Positions 21,401 to 36,400 of a stretch of 64,000 nt of DNA are shown here, piece after piece. Every line of letters begins with the position of its first letter. Position 1 is the first letter of the stretch. The notes below the pieces were generated by a model. The model saw only the letters and a list, made by a program, of their open reading frames with translations, was not told the DNA's origin and ran no database searches. Source of the DNA: a virus; IMG/VR virus record IMGVR_UViG_3300027747_003534, positions 32,001 through 96,000 of that record, one strand, 5' to 3'. The translations under genes were made by a program, and so were the position numbers.

Positions 21401-24400
21401 GATATTCGACGAGCCAGATTAGCCGGAGCTAGTGCAGAACAGATATCTCAGGCTGAAAATCAATTAGCAGATATTCGTAGACAAGCTCAGCAGGATATTC
21501 AAACTAGACGTACTTTAGGAGGCTTATCAGGAAATCAATTACAGAGCATAGAATCTAATGCTCAAGAAGAAAGAGACAGAATACGCACAAATACCAGAAA
21601 TAGATTAGCAGCTAGAGGTATGAGTCAGGAAGATATTAATACCAGATTGCAGGAAAATGCTGGAGCTATTGATAGACAAGCATATTCTAGAGCAAGTAGT
21701 AGAGCAGGAGTTAATCTTAGAGCTAATGGTTTAACAGGAGATGATGCTCAAAGATTTGTTCGTCAAAGTATGGGAGATCCTCGTATACTAAGACAGATGG
21801 ATGATCAACTAAGACAGCAGTTAAGAAGTAGTACTGCATATACAACTGCCAGTAGAACCCAGCAAAGACAAATGAGCCAGTCTGTTGAAGAAGAAATTCG
21901 TACAAGAAAAGATATTGTTAATAAATTAGCTAGACAAAGGGGACAACAGGCTCCTGGCGGTGATCAGCGAGGTAATTTTGGAGGAATGTTGGGCTTATCT
22001 TTTGGACTACAAGGAATAGGATCATTGCTTGCTCAGCAAATTAATGCTAGTGCCAGCTCTTCAAATGCTAGCACAGCGGGCGCTATTCAGGGCGGAGTTA
22101 CAGGATTAGCTACTGGTGGCATGCTCGTTGGCGGCTTGCAAGATATGCTAGGAAGCAGACTTAGTCCAGCAGTGTCTAAACTTTTAGGAGGATTTGGTCT
22201 TCTTGCTACATTAGCGGCCTCTGTTGGACAAGCTTTTATAGAAGCCAGAAATGCTGCTATAGAATTTGAGAAAAATTTCCAGCAAAAGAAATTAGAAACA
22301 GCTATTAGTGATAGTCAACAATTATTTGAAAAACTAAATACTAACATTAAGAATGTAGATATCCAAAGATCGTTAGCTTCTAAATTAGCAGAAGCAGGAG
22401 AAGCTGCTAAAGCTGGTATAGAAGCTAATAATAAACTTGCTAAGGCATTTTGGGTTAATCTATTTGATGCTTTTGGCTCAGCTGATCAAGGAGCAGCATC
22501 TCAACGTAGTGAGATTTTGGATAAGAAAGGAATAATGGCATATTTTAGATCTACTGATCTTTTTGGTGGAGGAGACAAAGGACGAAGTAAAGAATATCAG
22601 TCTTTAATTCCTGAAAAAGCAAGAGAAAATTCTAAAAGTTTTGCTGAAACCTCTAAGCTTACTACTGATCTTATTGGAGCTAAGATTCAGAGCGGTTCAA
22701 GTGTTGAAGATATATTTAAAGATCCAGCATGGAAAAAACAAGCAGAAGTTATAGCAAGGGCGAATGCTGCTGTAGAACAAGAAATTTTATCTATAAAAAA
22801 TAATGCTAACATTAGTGATGTTGAAAAAGAAGCACGAATTAATAATATTATAGCTATAAATGCAGAACAAACCATTAGGCAACAAGCTTCTGTTATTGAA
22901 AGACAACAACAACTCAAGTCTTTAGACAATACAATAAATGTTTATACTAGATCTCTTGAGAGAATGTTCCAAAATATGGAACAAAGCATTGGTCGTGCCA
23001 GCTTCTCATTAGAACAAATGAGCAAAGATATCGATCTCGCATCAGATTCATTGCAAGGTCAAGCCAAGGTTGGTAATATTGCTTTAACTGCGATTAACGC
23101 TTTACAAAATCCAAGAGCATATTCTGATCAAACAGTATCAAATTCCAGAAATGTTGCTGCTGAATCTTTTGGCATACGATCACCAGAAATGGTTTCATTA
23201 TTAGGAGTTGGAGAAAAGATAGAATCTACTGTAATGAGCACCATTAATAAATCTGTTAATAAAAATCCTGGAATAACAGAAGAAGCATTAGGATCCATTG
23301 TTGGTCGCGATGTTAAAGAGGCACTAGCTAACTTGTCATTGCCTCCAGACTTAGTTGAAAAGTTATCTGGAGAAGTTGGTAATGTTCTTAAAGACTTTAA
23401 GAAATCTGGAGACGAAAAACTAGATTATACTCAGCTTAGCGAAAAACTTGGTCAGCTAAATAAGGTAGTTGATAGTTCTAGGAGAGCACAAGAAGTAGCA
23501 ATCAAAGCATTAGAACACTATCAAAACGCCCTTAATGTATATACTCAAAATATTAATAAAACTATTGATCTACAGATTTCTGCTAATCAAAGACTAAGAA
23601 AAGCTACTGATATAGTTGCTGATTCTGAACTTTCTTTGGCAAAAACTTTGGGTAAAAATATTAGCTTAGAAAATGCTAGAACAATGGTAAACTCTAAAGT
23701 ATCAGCCAAAACAGGAGGAGCTACTAATCCTAATGATATATTTGATAGCATAAATAAACTAGAAAATACCAGAGTAGTTCAACAAGCTGAACAAAGAAGT
23801 GCAGGAGAAAGAGGACTATCTGGTCAAGCAGACTTTATTAAATTCACTAAAAACTTATCAGATACTAATATTGGTTTAAGAGAAAATATTGATGCATTAA
23901 AATACTTAGCTGACAATACCGATATTGCAGCTTCTGCTATGGAAAAAATTCAAGAAGCTCAACAAAAATCTTCTGGAAGAGCCTCATTTATTGAAAAATT
24001 AGTTACTAGTACGCCCGAAGAATTAAATGGTCTTTCTAGTGCTTTTCAAAGATTGCAGAATAATGCTAATGGACAGATAAATACTATCAACAGATCTACT
24101 GGTGCTCAACGAGCCTACTATGAGGCTTTACAAAATGGAGCAAGTATGATGGAGGCTATGAAAGCTGCTCAAGCTGCTTTTGTTAATGAGCGTAAAGAAA
24201 CACTAGGCGCCTTAAATGATATATTGCCATTTTTAGGAAATAATCAACAGGCTGGTAATATTAAGGCAAATGTATTAGAGAGTATGCTTCAAGAATCTGG
24301 TATGGGAGTATCTCCTGTATTTCAGCAAATATTAAATACTCTTAGAAATCCAGAATTAGATCCAGCAACTCAAGCAGCTATTGCAGAATACAGAGAAGGT

Positions 24401-27400
24401 AATAATTTACAAGCACGAGCTAATTCTTTATTGGCCCAACTAGATTCTAATTTAGCTCGCGATATTGCAAACCAATCAGCTAAAGCTTTGGCTAATGCTC
24501 TTAGTGATGTTAAGATAAATTTTGAAGGTTCGGAACTAAAAGATTTAGTTAATTTAGTACAACAAATCAATGGTAAACTACCACTAGGCGCTGCTCCTGC
24601 TGCGGGTAAAGCCTCTGGAGGTGTCATATACGCTGCTGCTGGACGTGCTATTGATTTTAAGAGTCAAGGTACAGATACTGTGCCAGCAATGTTAACCCCT
24701 GGCGAATTTGTGGTTAATAGAGCAGCTACTCAAAGCCACTTGCCTCTTTTAAATGCCATTAATAGTAATAAATATAGTAGTGGTGGAGCTGTTAGATACT
24801 ATAGTTCTGGTGGATATGTTAGTCAAAATTTTAAGGAAGAATACAAAAAAAATAGTGATGATCTAGTTCAATCTAAAGAAAAATATATTGACCCAAGATC
24901 AGCAGCTTTTAGAGAAGTTAAATCTGTCTATGCCGGACCAGATAAATTTGTTAGGGGTGCTCAACCTAAAACGATTATGGCTCCCGTGGCTACTGCCTCT
25001 AGTGGCAGAGCAAGCCTGGATTCGATTAAAAGCGAAGATGGTATCAATAATTTATATTTAGGCGAGGCCCCAGCTATATTAGTGGAAAAAAATGCACATA
25101 ATCAAGATGTATTTAACTATGGTGTCATTAATAGGCCTCGTGCACACTTATTAGATCCCCTAGGCTCTGTAGTCGATAAGCCATTTGACACCAAAAATAT
25201 TACCAAAAATAAATTCATCGAATATAAAAATAGTTTTAATCAAAAATTAATTAATAGTGATTTAGATTCATCTACAATAGTATCAAGTATGCCAGCAGTC
25301 AATGACATAAAAGATATTCCCGAATCTTTAATTTCTGATCAATTTTATAGTCCCAATGTTATATCTAATCTCCCAGTAGGTATGATTGTAACAAGAAATA
25401 AAACTCTAGGAGCATTATCTTGGAATAAAGAGAGCACAGAACATGCTAAGGTATTAAAAATATATAGACTAGCATCTGATTATGCCGATGTTAGCGTCGT
25501 ATCTAATGAGGATCAGGGATACTACAAGATCAAATCAGATCTTAAAATGTCAGATTCTAGCGCGCAAGATCGTATTAAAATATTGACAGGAGATAATTCA
25601 TGGATAACAGAAAAAGATAATATTAAAAATATTATTAAAACTCAAGAATTAAACCTTAAAGATCTTAAACAAACTCAGACATTTACATCGGTTGATCCTG
25701 ACCCCACAAATCCTGTATTTAATAATCTTTTTAAGGCAGAAGATCCGAATCTTAGTAATTTAAGACAAAAATTAGAGATATTATATAGTGGAGCTGAGGG
25801 AATATCATTAACGGGCAATGAATTAAACTTTTTTAATCCTAGTGCCCTTTCAGAAGATAAAGAAAATAATATAACATTATTACATGTTTTAAATAGTAAA
25901 TATAAACCTATTTTAGATAAATCTTTAAACAGTAAACAACAAGCAGATAAAATAAAGACAACTTTTCCAAAATTGATGGTTGGAGGAGCAGGATTAAATA
26001 ATTTACCAGACGCTGATTATAAATGGGCTAGAGGATATGAATTTGGAATATATGACGTAGCTGACATGGGTAAAATGAAAACTTTTCCATGGGTAGCTAA
26101 TGAAGACCCATCAGTAATATCTCAAGATATTCAAGCTGCTATAGATAATCAAGCTGAACAATTAAAAACAAAATATGGAATTAGCACAAAGCCAGTATCT
26201 GATTTTGGTTCATATAAGTTAAAGCTGCCTAATCCTATAGGAGACGTTGACTTACCGTATCATATGCAGTATACAGAGTATACAGGGCCACAAATTGCTA
26301 CAGATCCTAGTAAAGCTGATCCTAATGGTTTTAATTTAGGAGCTAATTTAAATAAAGCTTTATTAATTACTCCAAATAATAAAAATCCCCTCAGTCCATA
26401 TTCTCAATTTAAAAAATATGCCCAATCAACAGCTTATGTAGACAAAATATTAACTGGGGATGAAATATTTGATAAGTCTCATATTGAGCTTGACAAAATT
26501 CCCGATTTCACCACCCTTGCTAAGGGTAATATTGACAGAAATCAAAGAGATCAACTCAAACAAAACCTTAAAGGTGTTCAGTATAGTATTGATTTAGATT
26601 CTTTAATTGATCATACCAATCATCCGATACTAAAAAATATTCCATTATTTGAAGATAGTCCACCAAATAAACAATCATATGTTTTCAATATAGGGGAGTA
26701 TTTAAGTACAGTAGCAGATAAAGTATTTACAGACAGAGACAATGCAGCAATAAAATCTGTTGGAGAAATTGATGACAAGGGTCAATTAGCTGATGATACT
26801 ATTAAGGATAATAAATTACCCGATGCTGTTAAAAATTTAGCTAGATTATCATTGGGTGTTTTTGGAAGAAAAAGAGTTCCAGGATTACCTGGAAATTGGC
26901 TATATAACAGTATCCGTGGAATAATACAAAAACCATTTAAAAATTCTGGCGTAGCTCAACAAGCAGCAGGATATACTAGTGGAATATTTAATAATTTTGG
27001 AGGCTATTTGAGCAAATTGGCTCCTATGACAAGGAATCCCAATATTTATCAGCAGCTAAAAGAATTATTCACATTGGGATCTGGTGCTGCTATGGCATTT
27101 ACAGGTTTGGCCAGTGGTGATACACGAATGATAGGTCAGTTTCAAAAATTAAACTTGAATGCAGAAGATCTATTTAGATCTCTTGGAGGAGCATCATTAT
27201 TTGGTAGAATTTCTTCAACGGCATTATCTGGGGATTATAAGGCTATTTTAGGCCAGCAATTAGAAGGAGCCAAGATAAAAACTGTTGGTGCTAATGGTAC
27301 GCTAAGTCTGGTATCGGCAGATAAAGCCATACCAGAAAAATATAATGATTTAGTTAATATTGCATTTAATCCATATAATGAATTTCCAAGTAAGGATACT

Positions 27401-30400
27401 CGTAAGGACATTATTGAAAAACTTACTACGGATATGATCAATGCAACAGATCAGGTAGGTATGTCATATTTTGATCCTAATACACAAAGATTCTTATATG
27501 GGAATATGACATCGTTGTATAATTGGTATGGTGGAAATGGAGCATGGGAAGGTCAAGATTATTTTTTTGATAAGAATGTTGATCCTGATAATGCTAAACG
27601 TACTCAGCAAGTTATAGATTCTTTTAGCGGTCAGGATGGTCAAGATGCATATACTAAGGGTAATATTGCTCATACTACATTAGGTTTTGCTTCTCGTTAT
27701 GGAAGTTTACCAACAGACAAGTGGTTTGTTCAACGACGAGAAGCTGGTTTAAATGCAGAGGCCCGAGCTGTCACAGACCCAAATGCATCTAAAGACCCGT
27801 TAAGATTTGCTACCGGTGGCGTAGTATATGCTCAAGAAGGTCAACACATCAATTTCCAGCCTCGTGGTACTGATACTGTTCCAGCAATGCTGACCCCCGG
27901 TGAATTTGTTATCAATAAAGCCGCAACACAAAGTAACTTGCCACTACTACATGCTATTAATAATGGTGGAGCTAAAGCATATAGTAATGGGGGACCTGTT
28001 TATTTAGCTCGTGGCGGTTTAACTGTAAAAGAACATTTTAAGCCTTTAGATACAAATATATTTGATAGTTTAGATATTGATAAAAATAGTATTTTAGAAG
28101 ATAATGAGATGCCTAAAAATAGTATTCTCAGATATATGGCAGACTATAGGAAAGGAGCAGATAATAAATTAACAAAGAAAGAATTAGAAGAATATAACAC
28201 AGACTATGATAGTCATATTGATAATTATTTATCTCTTGATGCTCAGAAAAAATATAATAATATTAATCCTCAGAAACAAAAACTAAATGGGTCGTTCCAA
28301 TTAAATAATGGAGACAGGATATCACAAATACAATTTATTCAAACTTATGAGGCAGCTAATAAGATTGGTAAACAAAAAAGCAAATGGGGAGCTCGTAATA
28401 CTTTAGAAGAAAACTTTTATAGTGGAGATCCTAATTATCCTTTTAGTCAGGCAACATATGACCTCGAAGCACATAATAATAAATTACGCTTGGGTGTCGG
28501 ACCGTTTAATAGTAAGGCTTTTGGTTATGGAGTAGCACAACAAATTATACCTGCATTATTAAGCTTGGCAGGTGGAGGAGTGGGATTTGCTCTCACTGCG
28601 CCATTTACTCCAGCAGCACAAATAGGAGGTACTATTGGTGGAGCAATAGTTGGAGATCAAATAGGACAAGTTATTAATGAAATGATATACAATGGATTTC
28701 CTTCATCGTGGAAAAAAGATATAAATAAAAAAATTGAAAAATATCCCGAATCTTACGAAATAGGTCAGTGGACAGGATTTGCAGCAGATATAGCAATGGG
28801 TGGATTTGCTGATGATTTTATAACAAAATCAGCAAGTGGACTAGTAAAGAAAAAATTAACAAGACAAGCAATAGACGAAGCCATTAAATCCGGATCTTCG
28901 CTGAATAAACTTATACAAGTAGGTAATGATACTATACCCATCGAAAAAACAGTTGATGATCTTGCTGAATCAACAGGTAAAGAAGCTGCTTCTAACTCTA
29001 AGAAGGTTAACAAATCAAAAAGCAAAAAATCTGAGAAGGCTGAGAACAAAGCCAAGATAGATAGTTTATTAAAAAATATGAAAATTATTGGAGATGAATA
29101 TAATAGTAAAATTGGAGAGGCTTATAATAAAGGAATATTAAGAAAATATGATTCATTGGCTGCCGGAGATATCGCCTCTGCCATACAAAAAACAGGAGAC
29201 GTGCGAAACCAAGCAGCTAAATTTCATTTTGACGATTTATTGAAATCTAGTCCAGACTATGTTGATCCATCTCTTTTAACAAAACTAACAGATAATTCAC
29301 CCATATACATTGCTGCACAGTCGCAGGCTAAAGAAACTTTTTCTAGACTAGGAATAGATGTTAGCGATGATTTTGGTAAACTAGACGCTAATAAAATGTT
29401 TGATGAATATTTTAATAAAGAATATGATATTCTTAGTAAAAACCCACTAAATGAAGCAGCTGCTAGACAAAAACAATCTATTCTGGATGAAATAGCACAA
29501 AAATATGATATAGACCCATCAGATTTTAAGCGACTAAAAGATAAACTAGATGATATTGCTGTTCGTCCTAGAAGACCAGGATTTAAAACTATTTATGGAT
29601 TAACAAAAACTGCTATCATGATAGCTAGAATGATAAAAGATAGAAAAATAGAACAAAAGAAAGCTCAACCATATGATATGCCAGAAGCTCAGACTGTTCC
29701 TGCTGTCGCAGATAAAGCAGAGGCGGCAGCTTCTCCCAATAAAGATGAACCTAAAACTGCTGAAACTACTCCACCAAAACCACAAGTTGTGAAACCTAAG
29801 GATGTAGGTAATCTACCAAAATATTGGGATGAGCTTAGTTATAAAGAATATTTAGATACTTTAATTAAAAGTGGTAAGAATCCAGAAATTCCAGATAAGA
29901 AGCTATTTACCACATCAGCTATTTATACAAAAGGCAAACGAACAACAGCATTGGATTCGCGAGATACCACAGGCATAGTTGGTGGAAATAGAGTTTCTTT
30001 ACCAAAAGACCCCAAAGAAAAAGCTAAATTAGACGCACAAATTAATAATATTGGTCAAAAATTATATACATCTTCTGAAATAGCATATGATTCATACTCT
30101 AGATTAGTTACCGGAAAAAATAAAAATATTCCTCTCGGAGATATTATAAAGGGCGATCTAATAGATAATTATAGACAGTCTATTGAGAGTATGCATGAAT
30201 TGATGAGTATCACTAATTTAGATAAATTTGGAACAATCAACTTTAAACTTGATAAGCCGCTACCTGGACAATCTTCAAATAAGAAACTTGGAGATATTAT
30301 AGATACCTTGAAAGCTGTTCGTAAAGGCTATAAAAATGATATAGTACCAAGTTTAGTTAATGAAGACGCTGAGCCCAAAGAAGGCGAAACTCCAGAAGAT

Positions 30401-33400
30401 GCTAATAAGAGAACTCAAAGATCTGTAGTAATAGACGATTCTATACTTGATTTATTTGGCCGAAAGTTTGCTCCTATAACAGAAACAAGACCAGATGCTG
30501 TTCCAGATAACGGGAAAAAATTTACAGGACGTGAAGTTAGTGACACGGCTAGAGAAAATGATAAATTCCCATTTAGAACCAGAATAACTGGAGCTAAAGG
30601 AATTAATTCACAGTATAAGTCTGCATATTCTTATTATAGAAGAATACTAGGAGAATATAATTATCATAAAAATATTGGAAAATTAGATAGATATATAAAA
30701 GGATATAAAACCACAGCTACTGTTGCTAGAACTTTAGCTAGTGGTGGCATAGTATATGCATCTACTGGGGCTTTAATTCCTTATGCTCCCAAGGGCACGG
30801 ATACTGTTCCGGCAATGTTAACTCCTGGTGAATTTGTCGTTAACGCAAGATCAACTGCTAAAAATTTACCTCTACTAAAGTCTATTAATAATGGAGGAGT
30901 TCAAGGATTAAGTAGTGGGGGAGTGGCTTATCTTAGTAGGGGAGGACAACCAAATGATGTTTCATACGGTAGGTTTGAATTATCTGATGACCAAGCACAA
31001 TTTTCTCATAGATCAATCAATCCATTAACGGGAAATAGAACTCCTGAGAATGGTGATGATCTTGATAAAAAATATAGGATTAACTCTGGTATATATGACT
31101 ATTTGACCCTAAGAACCACGATGCCAGACTGGTTAACTTCGTTAAATAATTTAAGCTTCGATGATAATAGTATGCGCTTTTTTAGCGACGCTTCTTTTTA
31201 TAAGACCTTAACTCAAATAAGAGAAGCTAATGATTTAAGGAGTCTCCAAAGTCTATCATATAATTTTGTTAAAGGTTTTAAATATAGAGATTATAATAAA
31301 GATAATCGTCTTACTGGATTTGATTTTACTAGCCATCTTTCAAAAACGGACGGAATTTTAGGATTAATAGATCCTGATGTTGGAGGAGACCTTCAGCCGA
31401 AAGATTTGGTCAAATGGACAACAACAAAAGCCAAGCTCCAGGCAAAATCATCTGCTGCAAGAGTTGTTAAAAATTTAACTCCTGATCTAGAAAATCTAAG
31501 AGATATTCTTTCTGATCAGAAGCCTATGGGGAAAAATAATAATCCAGAGTTTAAAAATAGAAATCATTATGAGTCACCAGCAGCATTACTAAACAGCACC
31601 GTGAGCGAATGGAAAAAACAGAGACAGCAACAAAAAAACAGAGTAAATCTAAGACAAGAAGAGTTAACAGAAAGTAAAGATGGTCGTCAAATCACGATGC
31701 CTCCTCATCTCAATATGAATTTTGATGAAATTAATGTTGCTGATGTTGTAAAAGATATTCTTGCTAAGAAAAAGACCCCATATACGGAAAATCTAGTATC
31801 TTGGCTCGAAAATAATGTAAAAACAGTATCTGAAAAAGTAGCTGATTTGGTACCTGTTCCAAAGGCTAGTGAGGAATGGGATGCTGCTGATGCAGAGAGG
31901 CCGCGTGTTATTTTGGACCTTATTAAGAATGGTCCAGAAGCCTTTATGACTGGATTAAAGGGAGAAACCAAAGAGGGTAAAAGCAAGTCTCTTATTTATT
32001 CTCTACTAGCTCAGTCTGCTAGAATCCAAGGTATTAATAATCTTATCAAAGCTAGATCATTATTTTCTGGATCTGAGACTTCAGTCAGAAAAGGAGAAAC
32101 TAACTTTACCGGAGATATGGCAAGAAGAGATCGTAACTTAGTATATAAAGACCAGACCAGAACTCCTGAAAATTTTGAAGAAAGAGAAAATAACGTATCA
32201 AGATCAGGACAAGTAAAAACATTAACGCCAGCAGATAATTCTGCAATACCTGGGTCTGGACCAAACGGAGAGCAAACTTCAGATGAGCGAAGAGAAACTT
32301 CCAATAGGGCCAGGATGGCTAATGGCCGTGGAAACTCTGCTATTCGTGGCATTGAACTATGGGATACTAATAGGGATGGTAAAATCTCTTTTGAAGAATG
32401 GAATCAATTTCGTCCTGAGAAAGAACCCGAACTGCAAAGATTTTTTGGGGCTTCCACATTTGACGCATTAATGGGAGCTTATTCTTCAGCATTAAAAGGC
32501 TTGGGTCTTAGGGATAAAAATGCCACAGATAATTTCAAACCTAGAACTCTAAAAGACTATTTTAAAAATATTGATAAAGACAACACCGGATATATCGAAC
32601 AACATGAATTCTCAGATATGGTTGGTAAACCACTAGAATATCTTGATATAGAAACAGATCGAGAAGCAAAAGAACTAGGAGATACACTAGGAACACAAAG
32701 AGATCCTAGAGGCGCTCAGAAATTAGCCTATGATAAAATAGATAGAACTACCATCTCATCAGTAAAAAATTTATTAAAACAAGATTTTAAGGAATTATAC
32801 CCAGTTTCTTTCTCTAAGGCTTCGCACTTCTCAGAAAGAGAAGTAATACAACCACAGATAGATGCTCTTAGAAAAATCACAGGGGTTTCTGAGCTAGATA
32901 AGATAAATAAAAGAACAATCTTAGCAAATATAGGGTCTTCCTTAAATAAGGATAATAGTGATTGGGGTCTCTCTCCCAAAGTTGAGGAAAATCTTGGTAA
33001 TGTTATGGTTAAAATTAAGCAAGATTCTTTGCTATTTCCAGGAGTGGTTAATAAGGCATATACTCAAGGTCTTGCTACTCCTCAAGATCTGCTGCATAAC
33101 CCTGATATTAATTACGAGAAGACCCTTAAAAGGTCAGGAATTCCAGAAGACATATTTAAAACCATATGGCAAGACTATAAGCCAGTTTCTAAGTTTGATA
33201 ATCCGAATAGCAAAGACTCCTTAGACAAAATATATAAATTAAATAATGAGCTTAATTCTCAGGAAATAGGCGAAGACAAAGAAAGAACTACAGCAGCAGC
33301 ATTAAGTCAAAAATCAAACGCTAAAAAAAGATCAGCTAAAAAAGAATTAACAAAAAATACTTTAATAGAACAACTTCTCGTTAAAGCGAAATACTTTGAA

Positions 33401-36400
33401 CCAGATGTTTATAACAAGTTATGGCGTGGGCAGTATAAAGACTATTACGATGTGCCTGATCCAACTCTTGCTCGACACGTTGATATGTATAACACCCTGA
33501 TACCTTCCGGCGAAACTGGTCGTTTATCAAAGCCATCCGCAGATCAAGAGAAGGAGTATAGAAATAGATTAAAAGATATTAGTAAAAATCCAATTTATGC
33601 TAATAAAGGAATGCTTATCCCTTACCAACCCAGAGGAACTGATACTGTTCCTGCAATGTTGACTCCCGGAGAGTTTGTTATCAATAGAGCGGCCACCCAA
33701 CAAAATTTACCACTGCTACATGCTATTAATAGTGGAGCTAAAACTTATAGTAGTGGTGGAATTGTATATGCTGCTAATGGAGATTTGATAGGATCATCCA
33801 ATAGCTCCTCAAATAGTGATCTATCTAAAATCTCAGCAGTAGCATCTTTAGTTCCTAAAATCTTAAGTAAAGTAAAAGATTCTGATAAGATTAAATCTAA
33901 TCTCGATACTATTAATAATAACGTTATATTAAATCATAAACAAGGCAAAATATTAAACGATAAAATAAGTTTATTAAATAATAAAATTGATATGGGATTA
34001 GGAGATATTCAAGAAAATATTCCTACTGATAATTATTTGTCAAATATTCCTAATTATTTTTCAAATAATTTATCAAGAAGTTCATCATATGGATTGAATC
34101 ATGGGGGAATAGTTTATGCTGCGAATGGGAAGTTAGTAAATTATCAACCACAAGGAACAGATACTATTCCAGCAATGTTGACCCCAGGAGAATTCGTAGT
34201 TAATGCTCGGGCTACTAGTGCAAATCTTCCATTATTACAGACCATAAATAAGAGCAAGGGAGGCATTGCTTATTTACAACAAGGAGGTCTTCCTAATAAT
34301 AGAGATTTTTTAGAAAATAATAGAGATTTACAAAGATTTACAAGTCGTATTGGATTAAAAGCAGCTAGAGATATCATAAATCATAAAGATATGTATGATA
34401 TTTTTAATAATAATATGTTTCATGAAGACTTGGACGTTGATGCAAAAATAGTTGAGAGTAAGAGATATATCGACAGTCATATAACAGATAGGTCAAAAAT
34501 AGCTGCTAGAGAGCTAGTTAAACAAAGAATAAGGCAGAGACAGCGTTATTTAGACCAAATATTTACAGCTAATCGTTTTACCCTTGATGAAATAAGTTTT
34601 GGCGGGAGAGATCGTGAGCTTAGGTATACATTATTTGGAATAGAACTAAAAGAGATTTTAACTACACAATGGCGCAATGCTCAAGGGGAAAACTATAGGT
34701 TACAAGACGTTATCGAAGGAATCAACCCATCTCGCCCACCTTCTTTTTTTAATAATGGCGGAGTAGTTTATGCTCAAGATGGATTTGATCCATCAAAACA
34801 AAGAATGCCTACTTTATTCGATTTGCCCCAAGATTTTAGAAAACCACATAAACCATATAAGCCAGATGTTAAGCCAAAACCAGGATTAGCTGGAGCATCA
34901 ATAGGAGCACCAGAAAAAGTTAGTGCTACCACACAGAGAGCTATCGATAGTAAGGTTTGGGAACAGACACCTCAAGACATTCCCTATTGGTTTGGAACAA
35001 GAAAAGAATCAGAAACTGAAAGACAACAAAGAGTAATTGAGTACGGCTTGAACGAAAATCTACCTGAATGGTATAAAAATGCTGGAATGGCTTGGCAAAT
35101 GGTCGAAAATATTGCGCAAGGTTGGGCGGGTACCGGAGGAGCAGGTCATCAGCAGCCTAGATTAATGCAACGAGTAAAAGGATCACGAACACCACTAACT
35201 GGACAAAGACCGAACATTCCTGTTCCTGGTTATGGAGCTTCTAACCCTAATACTCTTAATGATTTAACAACATCAAATGTTACTAGACCAATGGTTAGGA
35301 CTGGAGATACTTTAGATAATGCTACTACTGATGCTGGTTTAAGACGCAGAGTCTCGTCGCCAAAAGATGCTCTTCAGAATGCGTCTACAAACAGTATGTC
35401 TAGACCTAAGCCAATATCAAATCAGGATAGTTTTGGTAACGAATCCACTAATGCTGGATCAAACCCAAAGCTACAATTAGCTCCTTTATCATCTAGTTTG
35501 GGAGGAACCACATCAAACTCCAATGTGTCACAGCCTGCTGTACCATCTAGTTCCTCATCCAAAGGTATTCTTGGTAAAATTTTAGAGTATATCAAAAAAC
35601 CTTTTGTAAAGCAACAAACTGATGAAGATCCACGGATGCCAGTATTTATGACAAAGAAACCAGATTCTGTAACTGAAGGAAATATACAGAAATTACTTTC
35701 AGATAGGCAGGTAGGATATACTGGCAGTTCGTTATTAGCAGGTAGAAATGCAAAACCCGGAATGTTAAAAGAAGTAGACAAATATCTGCGAGATGCTGGT
35801 ATAGATCCATCTTCTATGAAATTTGTTGGATCTGGTAGAGAATCGATGGTTTTTGATGCTGGTAATGGAAAAGTATTTAAACTTGGATATACACAAAATC
35901 GTGATGTTCAAAATATTTTAAAGTCTCCTGATTTAGAAGCTTTGTCTTTACCTTCCGATGTTCCAGGCGTAGCAGGATATACAGGAAGACAAAATATAGG
36001 ACCATATACTGTAGGCTTTCAACAAAGAACTCAAACGCTTGATCCAGAAGCTCAAAAACAATTTCAAACCGGCAATGTCGGTGCTGAAATGCAAAAATAT
36101 TTACGAGAAAAGGGGTACGAATGGAAAGACGCTCATCAGGGTAATGTTGGATACGCTACAGATCCGCGGTTTGGTATACCAACACCTATGGGATCATTAC
36201 AGGTTATTGATGGAGATGTTAGACCAATACAGGCGAAACAAAAAGGAGGCATGATATATGCTTCACAAGGAACACTAGTCAACTATCAACCTCGTGGTAC
36301 CGATACAGTGCCAGCGATGCTGACTCCGGGAGAATTTGTTGTTAATGCTCAAGCAACAAGACAAAATCTACCACTATTACAAAGCATCAATAAAAGCAAA

